A stretch of 16,137 nucleotides of DNA from Candidatus Dadabacteria bacterium. GTDB taxonomy: Bacteria > Desulfobacterota_D > UBA1144 > Nemesobacterales > CSP1-2. The position numbers and the translations under genes were made by a program. Under the pieces are notes generated by a model that saw nothing but the letters and a program-made list of their open reading frames with translations, was not told the origin of the DNA and ran no database searches. Each line of letters opens with the position of its first letter. The stretch's first letter is position 1. The stretch spans positions 5,508 to 21,644 of the forward strand of contig PSLL01000038.1 of NCBI GenBank assembly GCA_040289575.1, given 5' to 3'. Shown piece after piece: positions 7,145-14,720 of this stretch.

Positions 7145-8656
7145 TCACTTAGAAGCCTTAACCGCACGGTTGAATGCCCAGCGCTCTAGCTTTGAAATCT
7201 CCTCTCTCATCGTTGTAGAGAGCGGCACTATTGAGGATGAAGCAATTATTAACTCCATATCATCTAGTTCCTTGCGCTTAGAGAATGATTCAAAGAGCGC
7301 CGATACAACAGCCTGCTCTATCTCTGCGCCACTTAACCCCTCTGTGTTCTTTGCAAGTGAATCCAAATCAAAGAGTTCAGGGTTTCTTCCGCGACTGAGA
7401 AGATGAATCCGAAATATCTCCCTTCTTTCTTTCTGTGAAGGAAGAGGAACAAAAAATATCTCATCAAACCTTCCCTTCCTTAAAATCTCAGGCGGAAGCA
7501 GATCAATACGGTTTGCGGTAGCAGCCACAAAAACCGGATACCGCTTCTCCTGCATCCAGGTAAGAAAATATCCAAATATCCTTGATGTCGGACTGTCGCT
7601 TGTTTTCTCACCGCTCCTTGTAATCCCGGCCTCTATTTCATCAATCCACAAGACGCATGGCGACATTGCCTCAACTGTTTTTATGGCTTTGTGAAAAGCC
7701 TCCTCCGGGCTGCCGGAAGCTCCGCTATAGATCTGATTTAGATCAAGCCTCAAAAGTGGAAGGTTCCAGGCTGTAGCCACCGCCTTAGCACAAAGACTCT
7801 TTCCGCAGCCGCTTATCCCCATAATAAGCAGTCCCCTTGGCATATCCAACCCAAATTTTTTGGCTTCGATAGAAAAAGCCAGAGCCCTTGTTTGAAGCCA
7901 CTCCTTGAGATTTTCAAGCCCGCCAATATCATCCAGGCTTATACGGATTTTTATAAACTCAAGGGTTCCGGATTTTCTTATAATCTGAGCTTTTTCTTCT
8001 AAAAGCACATCAACTACTCCCTCATCCACAAACTCTCTTTCTACAAGAGCCCTCCTTAAGGCAAGTTCCGCCTCTACAAATCCAAGCCCGATCATCGCAT
8101 GAATGCACTTTTCTCTAAGCACCGGGGTAAGGGAACCCCAGGTCTTTTCAGAGTTTTTATGCGAGCCTAATACCGTATCAAAAATCCCTCCCAACTCATC
8201 CATATCGGGAAGTCCGATATCAACTACTGCCACCTCTTTTTGGAGCTCATTCGGAAGAATCAACACGGGGGAGAGAATAAAAAGGGTCTTGCAGCTACTT
8301 CTGAGTATTCGATAGACATCCCTGAGTTTTCTGATTAATTCCGGATTACTTAGGAAAAAATGGAGGTCTTTAAAAAGATAAAACCCTGCCTCCTCATCGC
8401 TTATGACCCTATTCAAAGCCTGAATCAAATCACGGGTTTCTCCGATTTCAGTCCCATTACTCCTCATCCCATCAACACAGGACCAAGTATAAAACTCTAC
8501 AGGGTTTGAAAAGAGCTCCGCTCCGAGAAGCTTTACCATTCTCTCAACACGCTCTTCTTCCCAAGATACAAGATAAAGTATTGGATACCCTGCGACGATA
8601 AATCTTTTTATTATTTCTCTGGGAAATGACATATTCGCTTGGTAGTAGTAATTCAT
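7145..8656 (-). CDS. Ycf46-like AAA+ ATPase (start may be the second Met at 8632)
   Basis: N-terminal degenerate domain (YLVSWEEER, KDLH..L....R.LR), IGGLENLKEWL, Walker A GISGCGKS, Walker B WIDEIE, SRH ATANRIDLLPPEILRKGRFDEIFFV, SGAEIEQAV. Confidence 0.88.
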   Translation of the reverse strand: MNYYYQANMSFPREIIKRFIVAGYPILYLVSWEEERVERMVKLLGAELFSNPVEFYTWSCVDGMRSNGTEIGETRDLIQALNRVISDEEAGFYLFKDLHFFLSNPELIRKLRDVYRILRSSCKTLFILSPVLILPNELQKEVAVVDIGLPDMDELGGIFDTVLGSHKNSEKTWGSLTPVLREKCIHAMIGLGFVEAELALRRALVEREFVDEGVVDVLLEEKAQIIRKSGTLEFIKIRISLDDIGGLENLKEWLQTRALAFSIEAKKFGLDMPRGLLIMGISGCGKSLCAKAVATAWNLPLLRLDLNQIYSGASGSPEEAFHKAIKTVEAMSPCVLWIDEIEAGITRSGEKTSDSPTSRIFGYFLTWMQEKRYPVFVAATANRIDLLPPEILRKGRFDEIFFVPLPSQKERREIFRIHLLSRGRNPELFDLDSLAKNTEGLSGAEIEQAVVSALFESFSKRKELDDMELIIASSSIVPLSTTMREEISKLERWAFNRAVKASK

Positions 8657-8707
8657 GAATGCGGGTAGCAGTCGGGTATTTCGACAAAGTCCATTCCCCT
8701 ACTGTCT

Positions 8708-10255
8708 CTAAACAATACCGGAAGAGGTTCGCCTTGGATGCTCTTTTCTCCAACGGAGTTTATTAAGCGCGTTTACAAACGCCTTAGCACTTGCAACTAC
8801 AATGTCCGTACTCGCACCCTGCCCCTGGGAAACAATTCCATCTTCCTCAATCCTCACAGTCACCTCTCCCTGGGCATCTGTGCCTCCAGTAATTGCAGCC
8901 ACAACATAGCGTTCAAGATTAGGGGTTACTCCCGTAGCCTTGGAGATCGCTTTATATGCGGCATCCACAGGGCCATCACCATACTCAGATACCGTCACCT
9001 CTTCGCCGTCTATTAGAAGCTTTATTGTTGCAACGGGACGCATATCAGTGCCGCTTGAAAAATTCGCGGAGATAATCTTGTAGAAGTCGGAGGAGCGAAC
9101 AAATTCCTCACTGATTAGTGCCTCTATGTCCTCATCAAACACGTATTTCTTCTTGTCGGCCAAATCCTTAAATTTTCGAAACGCACGCTGAAAATCGTTT
9201 TCATTGAGAAAGTATCCAAACTCCTCAAGTCGCTTCCGAAACGCGTGCCTGCCGGAGTGCTTTCCGAGGATTATTTTATTCGATGGAATTCCCACCTCTT
9301 CTGGTTTCATAATTTCATAGGTGATCCTCTCCTTAAGAACACCATCTTGATGGATTCCGGCCTCATGGGCAAATGCATTTGCACCGACTATTGCCTTATT
9401 CGGCTGGACATTTACTCCGGTCACATGAGACACAAGCCTGCTTGTAGGATAGATCTGTTCCGTGACAATCCTGGTTTTATAAGGATTACGGTCACTTCGT
9501 ACTTTAAGCGCCATAACAATCTCCTCAAGGGAGGCATTCCCAGCCCTTTCTCCAAGGCCATTTATAGTGCACTCAACCTGCCTTGCACCCTCCTTTATTG
9601 CGGCAATGGAATTTGCAACGGCAAGCCCTAAATCATTGTGGCAGTGAACGCTCAAGGTAACTCTATCAACAAGGTCGGGCACCCTCTCTCTCAATATCTT
9701 TATTATATATGCAAACTCCTCAGGCACCGTGTATCCAACCGTATCAGGAATGTTAATCGTATTAGCCCCGGCTTTAACAGCTATGTCTACGGCACGGCAG
9801 AGATAATCGAGGTCTGTCCTCGTCGCATCTTCACACGAAAACTCCACGTTTTCCGTGTAGCTCCTTGCGTGTTTTACAGCAGCAACAATAGCTTCCAACA
9901 CCTCGTCTCTGCTTTTGCCGAGTTTGTACTTCAGATGAATATCGGATGTAGCAATAAACGTGTGAATCCTGGGGTTTGCAGCCTTCTTTATCGCCTCCCA
10001 ACCCCTATCTATATCGGCAATATTGGCTCTACAAAGCGCGGCTATTTCACAACCTTTGATTTCTTCCGCAATAAGCTTTACGGATTGAAAATCCCCCTCT
10101 GATGAAGCCGGAAAACCCGCCTCTATAATGTCCACTCCTAATTTCTCGAGTTGATAAGCCACCTTAATCTTTTCTTCCGCAGTCATGCCACATCCAGGCG
10201 CCTGCTCTCCGTCTCTTAAAGTCGTATCAAATATCTTTACTATTTCACTACTCAT
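8708..10255 (-). CDS. leuA: 2-isopropylmalate synthase
   Basis: FDTTLRDGEQ, EAGFP, PDTVG, HCHNDLG, GERAGN, FAHEAGIHQDG, LGKHSGRHA and C-terminal regulatory domain (GDGPVDA, GGTDAQG); SD GGAGG at 10267-10271. Confidence 0.97.
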   Translation of the reverse strand: MSSEIVKIFDTTLRDGEQAPGCGMTAEEKIKVAYQLEKLGVDIIEAGFPASSEGDFQSVKLIAEEIKGCEIAALCRANIADIDRGWEAIKKAANPRIHTFIATSDIHLKYKLGKSRDEVLEAIVAAVKHARSYTENVEFSCEDATRTDLDYLCRAVDIAVKAGANTINIPDTVGYTVPEEFAYIIKILRERVPDLVDRVTLSVHCHNDLGLAVANSIAAIKEGARQVECTINGLGERAGNASLEEIVMALKVRSDRNPYKTRIVTEQIYPTSRLVSHVTGVNVQPNKAIVGANAFAHEAGIHQDGVLKERITYEIMKPEEVGIPSNKIILGKHSGRHAFRKRLEEFGYFLNENDFQRAFRKFKDLADKKKYVFDEDIEALISEEFVRSSDFYKIISANFSSGTDMRPVATIKLLIDGEEVTVSEYGDGPVDAAYKAISKATGVTPNLERYVVAAITGGTDAQGEVTVRIEEDGIVSQGQGASTDIVVASAKAFVNALNKLRWRKEHPRRTSSGIV

Positions 10256-10290
10256 TTAATTAATCGCCTCCGTTTTAAAGACGTTCTAAA

Positions 10291-10319
10291 ATTTTAAGAT
10301 TTATAGGGGAGTTTGTCAA
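10291..10319 (-). promoter_or_regulatory. sigma70-type promoter for leuA
   Basis: Minus strand TTGACA (10314-10319), 17 nt, TAAAAT (10291-10296). Confidence 0.7.
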
Positions 10320-10341
10320 TTGCGGGGTTTGAATATACTAT
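10313..10341 (+). promoter_or_regulatory. sigma70-type promoter for tyrS
   Basis: TTGTCA (10313-10318), 17 nt, TACTAT (10336-10341). Confidence 0.5.
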
Positions 10342-10414
10342 ATTGCCATATCGGTTCGTTACTCAATAGCGCAATCGGTATCAGAATAAACAAAATGAAA
10401 GGTTAGTTATCACA

Positions 10415-11617
10415 ATGGCATCACTGAGTCCTGAAAAACAGATTGAGATTATTAAAAGGGGAACAGCAGAGATAATCTCCGAAGAAGAACTCATTGAAAA
10501 ACTCAAGAAATCCGTAGAGGCAGAAAAACCCCTCAGAATCAAAGCCGGATTCGACCCGACCGCACCCGACCTCCATCTCGGACACTGCGTGCTCCTTAAA
10601 AAGCTTAGGGACTTTCAGGAGCTGGGACATACGGTTATCTTCCTCATTGGAGATTTTACAGCTATGATAGGAGACCCTTCGGGAAGGTCGGAGACCAGAC
10701 CGCCACTTAACAGGGAAGATGTCATCAAAAACGCCAAAACCTATGAAAGGCAGGTCTTTAAGATACTGAGGAAGGACAGAACCGAGGTTGTCTTCAACTC
10801 CGCATGGCTTGGGAAAATGAGCGCGGAAGAGGTACTGAGGCTTGCCGCGCTCCAGAACGTAGCTAGGATGCTTGAGCGGGATGACTTCCATAAACGTTAT
10901 ACCTCCGGCACTCCTATTACAATAATGGAATTCCTCTACCCACTCATTCAGGCATATGATTCGGTCAATATCAGAGCCGATGTTGAGTTTGGAGGGACAG
11001 ACCAGAGATTCAATATCCTCCTTGGCCGCGACATTCAGAGGTATTTTAAACAGGAACCCCAGGTGGCAATCCTCGTCCCAATCCTTGAGGGTATAGACGG
11101 CGTTCAGAAGATGTCTAAATCGCTCCGAAACTATATAGCAATTGAAGACCCTCCTGAGGAGATTTACGGTAAGGTTATGTCCATACCGGATGCCATTATG
11201 TGGAAGTACTATGAGCTTCTTAGCCGCAGGCCTTGGGAAGAAATCCAAAGAATAAAAGATAAATGGCACCCAATGGACGCCAAGAAGGCCCTGGCTTTTG
11301 AGATTGTCTCATGGTTTCATGGGCAGGATCAGGCAGAAGAGGCTCAAAGGGATTTTGAGATAAAGTTCTCCAAGAGGCAGTTTCCGGAGGATGCAAGGGA
11401 AGTAACTCTGGAGGGAAAAGAAACAACCATTCTAGAGCTGGTTCTGCTTTCATCTGAGAGGATCAAAAGCCGTGGTGAAGCAAAGAGGCTCATAGAGCAG
11501 GGTGGAGTAAGCATAGATGGGCAGAAGACTGCCGATCCCAAGGCGCTTGTACCATACAAAAAACCCCTTAAGGTAAAGATTGGAAAGAGAGAATTTATTA
11601 AGGTGAGATTTATTTAG
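10415..11617 (+). CDS. tyrS: tyrosine--tRNA ligase
   Basis: [13 protein letters not shown] (HIGH-like), [24 protein letters not shown] and C-terminal S4 domain ([17 protein letters not shown]). Confidence 0.97.
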   Translation: MASLSPEKQIEIIKRGTAEIISEEELIEKLKKSVEAEKPLRIKAGFDPTAPDLHLGHCVLLKKLRDFQELGHTVIFLIGDFTAMIGDPSGRSETRPPLNREDVIKNAKTYERQVFKILRKDRTEVVFNSAWLGKMSAEEVLRLAALQNVARMLERDDFHKRYTSGTPITIMEFLYPLIQAYDSVNIRADVEFGGTDQRFNILLGRDIQRYFKQEPQVAILVPILEGIDGVQKMSKSLRNYIAIEDPPEEIYGKVMSIPDAIMWKYYELLSRRPWEEIQRIKDKWHPMDAKKALAFEIVSWFHGQDQAEEAQRDFEIKFSKRQFPEDAREVTLEGKETTILELVLLSSERIKSRGEAKRLIEQGGVSIDGQKTADPKALVPYKKPLKVKIGKREFIKVRFI

Positions 11618-11622
11618 TCCCG

Positions 11623-11960
11623 GAGGCGAGTGAACCTGTAAGCCGAATTCTGTCTGGGGCGATCATTCATCTAGGACATCCATCTCTGGATGCCTCATGC
11701 GACCCACCCGGAAGCCTCAGGCGGGCAACCTTTATCTAGCTTCCCTTTTCCATGCCACAGGATGTCGCCATCCTGTGCGGTAGTCTCTTACACTGCCTTT
11801 TCACCCTTGCCTGTTTTTTATAAAAAACATAGGCGGTCTATTTTCTGTGGCACTTTCCGTTGCCTCACGACACCTGGGTGTTACCCAGCGCTCTGCCCTC
11901 TGGAGTTCAGACTTTCCTCCCCTCTTTCAAAAAGGGGCGATCGCCTAGTCCACTCGCCTC
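11623..11960 (-). ncRNA. rnpB: RNase P RNA, bacterial type A, with an apparent internal deletion
   Basis: P1 GAGGCGAGTGGAC/GTTCACTCGCCTC; P2 GGCGATC/GATCGCC; GAGGAAAGTC; ACAGAAAATAGACCGCC; AAGGGTGAAA; P14, P16-P18; ACAGAATTCGGCTTA. The segment normally between P11 and P16 is absent. Confidence 0.95.
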
Positions 11961-12420
11961 AAGTATTGTATTTATCTATTGCTTCGTTTGCAAGCCTGTC
12001 TGCATCCCTATTTAATTCTCTGGGAATGTAATGAACCTTTACCTGTTCAAATTCTGATATTAGTTCTTTAGCCCTTTTGTAGAGAACCGCGATCTTGGGA
12101 TCACGGACGCGCCAGTTTCCATTTATCTGATTGGCAAGAAGGGATGAATCTGTATAAATCTTAAGATGATTTTTTTTAAGTTCTTTTGCAGATTGGAGCG
12201 CAGTTATTAAAGCCTCATATTCAGCCTCATTGTTTGTGGCAATGCCAATGTCTCTCCTTATTTCACGAATGCTTCCATCCACATCCCTCATCAAAACCCC
12301 TACCCCCGATCTGCCCGGGTTCCCTCTTGAAGCACCATCTATGTGGATTTCAATGTGTGATTTCGCACTTTCTAAAGATAATTTAAGCTGTTTGAGCCTC
12401 GTTTTCGGTTGTTTCTTCAC
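11959..12420 (-). CDS. rnhA: ribonuclease HI (DGASRGNPG type)
   Basis: Catalytic motifs IDGASRGNPG, TNNEAEY, TDS, NRDADRLAN; GTG start overlapping the upstream gene (exact start uncertain). Confidence 0.92.
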   Translation of the reverse strand: MKKQPKTRLKQLKLSLESAKSHIEIHIDGASRGNPGRSGVGVLMRDVDGSIREIRRDIGIATNNEAEYEALITALQSAKELKKNHLKIYTDSSLLANQINGNWRVRDPKIAVLYKRAKELISEFEQVKVHYIPRELNRDADRLANEAIDKYNT

Positions 12421-13111
12421 AGTATAGAATTCTATGACAGTTTGGGCATTGAATCATCCTTGAATTTGTTAGAACCTCGTTGAAGAGTTGAGGCGGAATG
12501 TTCATATTACAGCCCGTGCATATTTCGTTTCTTGCCGGTGCAAGCGCAAAGCCATTTCTCATTCTAATTCTCTCATACATTGAGAGAATCTCGGGATTCA
12601 CGACTGAAGTTACCCTTTTCTTCTCTTGCTTTTTAGTCTCATACACGTTTCTTAGCTCACTTATTTTCCGATTATAGCTGTTTATTATCTGCCCATACTC
12701 CTTTTCCTTTTCAGCAAGTTCATTCTCCTTTTCCTTAAGCAGTGCCTCGAGACCTTCAACCGCTTCCATCTCTTTTAAAATCTCTTCTTCTATCTCGGCG
12801 GTTAGCTTTTTAGCCTCAGCAACCTCTTTTTGAAGAGCCTCGTATTCTTTATATGTTTTTATCTCAAAAAGCTTTGCCTCAACCCTTTTTATCTTGTCCT
12901 TATTCTCGGCGAGATTTATCTCCTTTTCCATCTTCCTCTTTTTTCCTGCGTTGAGTTCCTCTTTCGTTTTAGATATGGACTCTTTAATCCCTTTGAGTTC
13001 CTCCTCGTATCGCGATATTTCTCGCGGGTATTTTTCTAGGCTGCCTTCAAGCTCTTCTAGCTCTAAATCGAGCTGCTGAAGTGTTTCGAGAACCGCAATC
13101 TGGCTTCTCAT
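12383..13111 (-). CDS. coiled-coil plus C4-type zinc-ribbon protein (HP0958/CT398-like)
   Basis: LQQLDLEL start, long coiled coil, CTGC...CPNCHRIL. Start moved from 13132 to 13111 because AAGGAGG lies just upstream of this ATG. Confidence 0.9.
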   Translation of the reverse strand: MRSQIAVLETLQQLDLELEELEGSLEKYPREISRYEEELKGIKESISKTKEELNAGKKRKMEKEINLAENKDKIKRVEAKLFEIKTYKEYEALQKEVAEAKKLTAEIEEEILKEMEAVEGLEALLKEKENELAEKEKEYGQIINSYNRKISELRNVYETKKQEKKRVTSVVNPEILSMYERIRMRNGFALAPARNEICTGCNMNIPPQLFNEVLTNSRMIQCPNCHRILYCEETTENEAQTA

Positions 13112-13258
13112 TTTTTCCTCCTTGATTTGCATTTAGATTTATTAAATCGGGGATTGATTTTTTCTAAGGGTGGTAGGTAAAAAAACGGATTGGAATTTGG
13201 ACAATGAGTTACGTGGGTATCTCTTTCCATCTAAAAATCCGGGGCTGACTATTACATA

Positions 13259-13331
13259 TGGGCCCACCTGGATTCGAACCAGGGACCCTCCGGTTATGAG
13301 CCGGGAGCTCTACCAGCTGAGCTATGGGCCC
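13259..13331 (-). tRNA. tRNA with CAT anticodon, most likely tRNA-Ile2 (lysidine-modified); CCA not encoded
   Basis: GGGCCCATAGCTCAGCTGGTAGAGCTCCCGGCTCATAACCGGAGGGTCCCTGGTTCGAATCCAGGTGGGCCCA. Paired G1-C72 and no GGG/CCC anticodon stem argue against fMet; C4-G69/C5-G68 fit TilS determinants. Confidence 0.9.
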
Positions 13332-13354
13332 AAATTATCTGTGCCAAATAATAT

Positions 13355-13383
13355 AGTTTAGGGAAACAACCCATTTTTGTCAA
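13355..13383 (-). promoter_or_regulatory. sigma70-type promoter for tRNA-Ile2 and the downstream unit
   Basis: Minus strand TTGACA (13378-13383), 17 nt, TAAACT (13355-13360). Confidence 0.72.
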
Positions 13384-13546
13384 ATTTCGCTCTTCTCTCA
13401 TAGGCATGATGCAGTATTTATCATTAGATGAACTAGAAGAGGTCAAAAATGCTTCACACGGGATTACCTTTACAATCTTGATACCATTGTGTGAATTATA
13501 AGATCACGTGGCCAAAAGCAATAAGTTATAGACTCAACTTATCTAC

Positions 13547-13584
13547 TTGAAAAAACCCTTGAGAGTTTATAGAATTATAAACTC
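13547..13584 (+). promoter_or_regulatory. sigma70-type promoter for clpX-like/rimO with overlapping palindromic operator
   Basis: TTGAAA (13547-13552), 17 nt, TAGAAT (13570-13575); inverted repeat GAGTTTATA-gaat-TATAAACTC (13563-13584); SD GGAGG at 13587-13591. Confidence 0.6.
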
Positions 13585-13601
13585 ACGGAGGCTAAACACC
13601 C

Positions 13602-14720
13602 ATGAGAAGAGGAGATAAGATATACTACATTAAAGATTTTATTCAGTCCGTTCCTCTTCATCCGCCAAAAAGGATATTTGAAGAGCTTGAGAGATTAGGT
13701 TACCGGGGTCAGCCCGGAGCAAGGCGCGCTGTGTCTCTCGCCGCATACAGGCACGTAAAAAGACTCAAGCTTCTTCACACAAAAAAGGTCCCAAGACCTG
13801 AGCTCCCCCCAAGACCCAATTCAATCCTCATGGGACCGACGGGATGCGGCAAAACATACCTAATCGAACTCCTCTTTGGTGAGATTTTTAAAATCCCTTT
13901 TGTCATAGTGGATATGACAAAGTTCACCGAGTCGGGCTACGTGGGAGACGATGTTGTAAACATACTCGTTCAGCTTGTCTATACAGCAAATGAAAGCATT
14001 GATGTTGCCGAATGCGGCGTCGTAGTGCTTGATGAATTTGATAAGATTGCGGGGGCATACAGCAGCGCGAGGTTTGCAGGACAAGGAACGACAAAAGATG
14101 TCTCCGGATACGGTGTCCAAAGAGAGTTGCTTAAAATCCTTGAAGGAGCGGATGTTCAGGTTCCGCTTGACTTCGGATTTTCAAGCCGGGGCCCAAGGGC
14201 GCTGATCTCAACAAGGGACATCACGTTTTTTGCCGTAGGGGCATTCTCAGGAATAAGGAGCCTATTTGAAAAAGGCGGATTAGGATTTCTCCAAAGATTG
14301 GAGGAAAACGGAGAAAGTGAGGAATCAATCGCGTATAAACTCAGCGAGGATGAAGCCAATGACGTTACAAGGTTTCATCTATTCGGATTTCTCCCTGAGC
14401 TTATTGCAAGGTTCAATAGAATCGTGCCGTTTTCCCCGCTCGATGACGAGACATTGAAAGACATCTTCCTTCTTAAAGTTCAAAAATATAAAAAGGAATT
14501 TGAAGAAGAGGGATTCCAGTTGCATATAGACCCAAGGGTATCAGATTTCGTCATAAAAGAGGCCGTAAAGAGACAAACTGGAGCGAGGGGACTGGATGTC
14601 CTAATCTCTAAGCACCTCGAAGAGGTAGCATTTGAGATATTTGGCAAAGGAGACGAGGGGGAGGTAATCCTAATGATAACCTCCGGAAAGGTATCTCACA
14701 TTGTAAAGAGGCGCGCATGA
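13602..14720 (+). CDS. ClpX-like AAA+ unfoldase lacking the N-terminal zinc-binding domain
   Basis: GQ..A...VSLAAY.H, Walker A GPTGCGKT, TESGYVGDDV, Walker B DEFDKI, KDVSGYGVQRELLKILEG, LGF loop, TGARGL sensor II; no CxxC pairs at the N-terminus. Confidence 0.85.
   Translation: MRRGDKIYYIKDFIQSVPLHPPKRIFEELERLGYRGQPGARRAVSLAAYRHVKRLKLLHTKKVPRPELPPRPNSILMGPTGCGKTYLIELLFGEIFKIPFVIVDMTKFTESGYVGDDVVNILVQLVYTANESIDVAECGVVVLDEFDKIAGAYSSARFAGQGTTKDVSGYGVQRELLKILEGADVQVPLDFGFSSRGPRALISTRDITFFAVGAFSGIRSLFEKGGLGFLQRLEENGESEESIAYKLSEDEANDVTRFHLFGFLPELIARFNRIVPFSPLDDETLKDIFLLKVQKYKKEFEEEGFQLHIDPRVSDFVIKEAVKRQTGARGLDVLISKHLEEVAFEIFGKGDEGEVILMITSGKVSHIVKRRA

Noticed and set aside
10421..11269. 282-aa antisense ORF inside tyrS
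   Set aside because: Fully nested shadow of a conserved gene; no motifs or protein-like composition.
11812..11829. perfect 18-bp palindrome TGTTTTTTATAAAAAACA as operator or terminator
   Set aside because: It is the P12 helix of RNase P RNA.
11690..12031. 113-aa plus-strand ORF
   Set aside because: Antisense reading of rnpB and the end of rnhA.
13259..13331. tRNA-Met or fMet assignment
   Set aside because: Lacks initiator hallmarks and the acceptor stem fits Ile2 better; elongator Met is not fully excluded.
13170..13361. 63-aa ORF over tRNA-Ile2
   Set aside because: Antisense translation of the tRNA gene.
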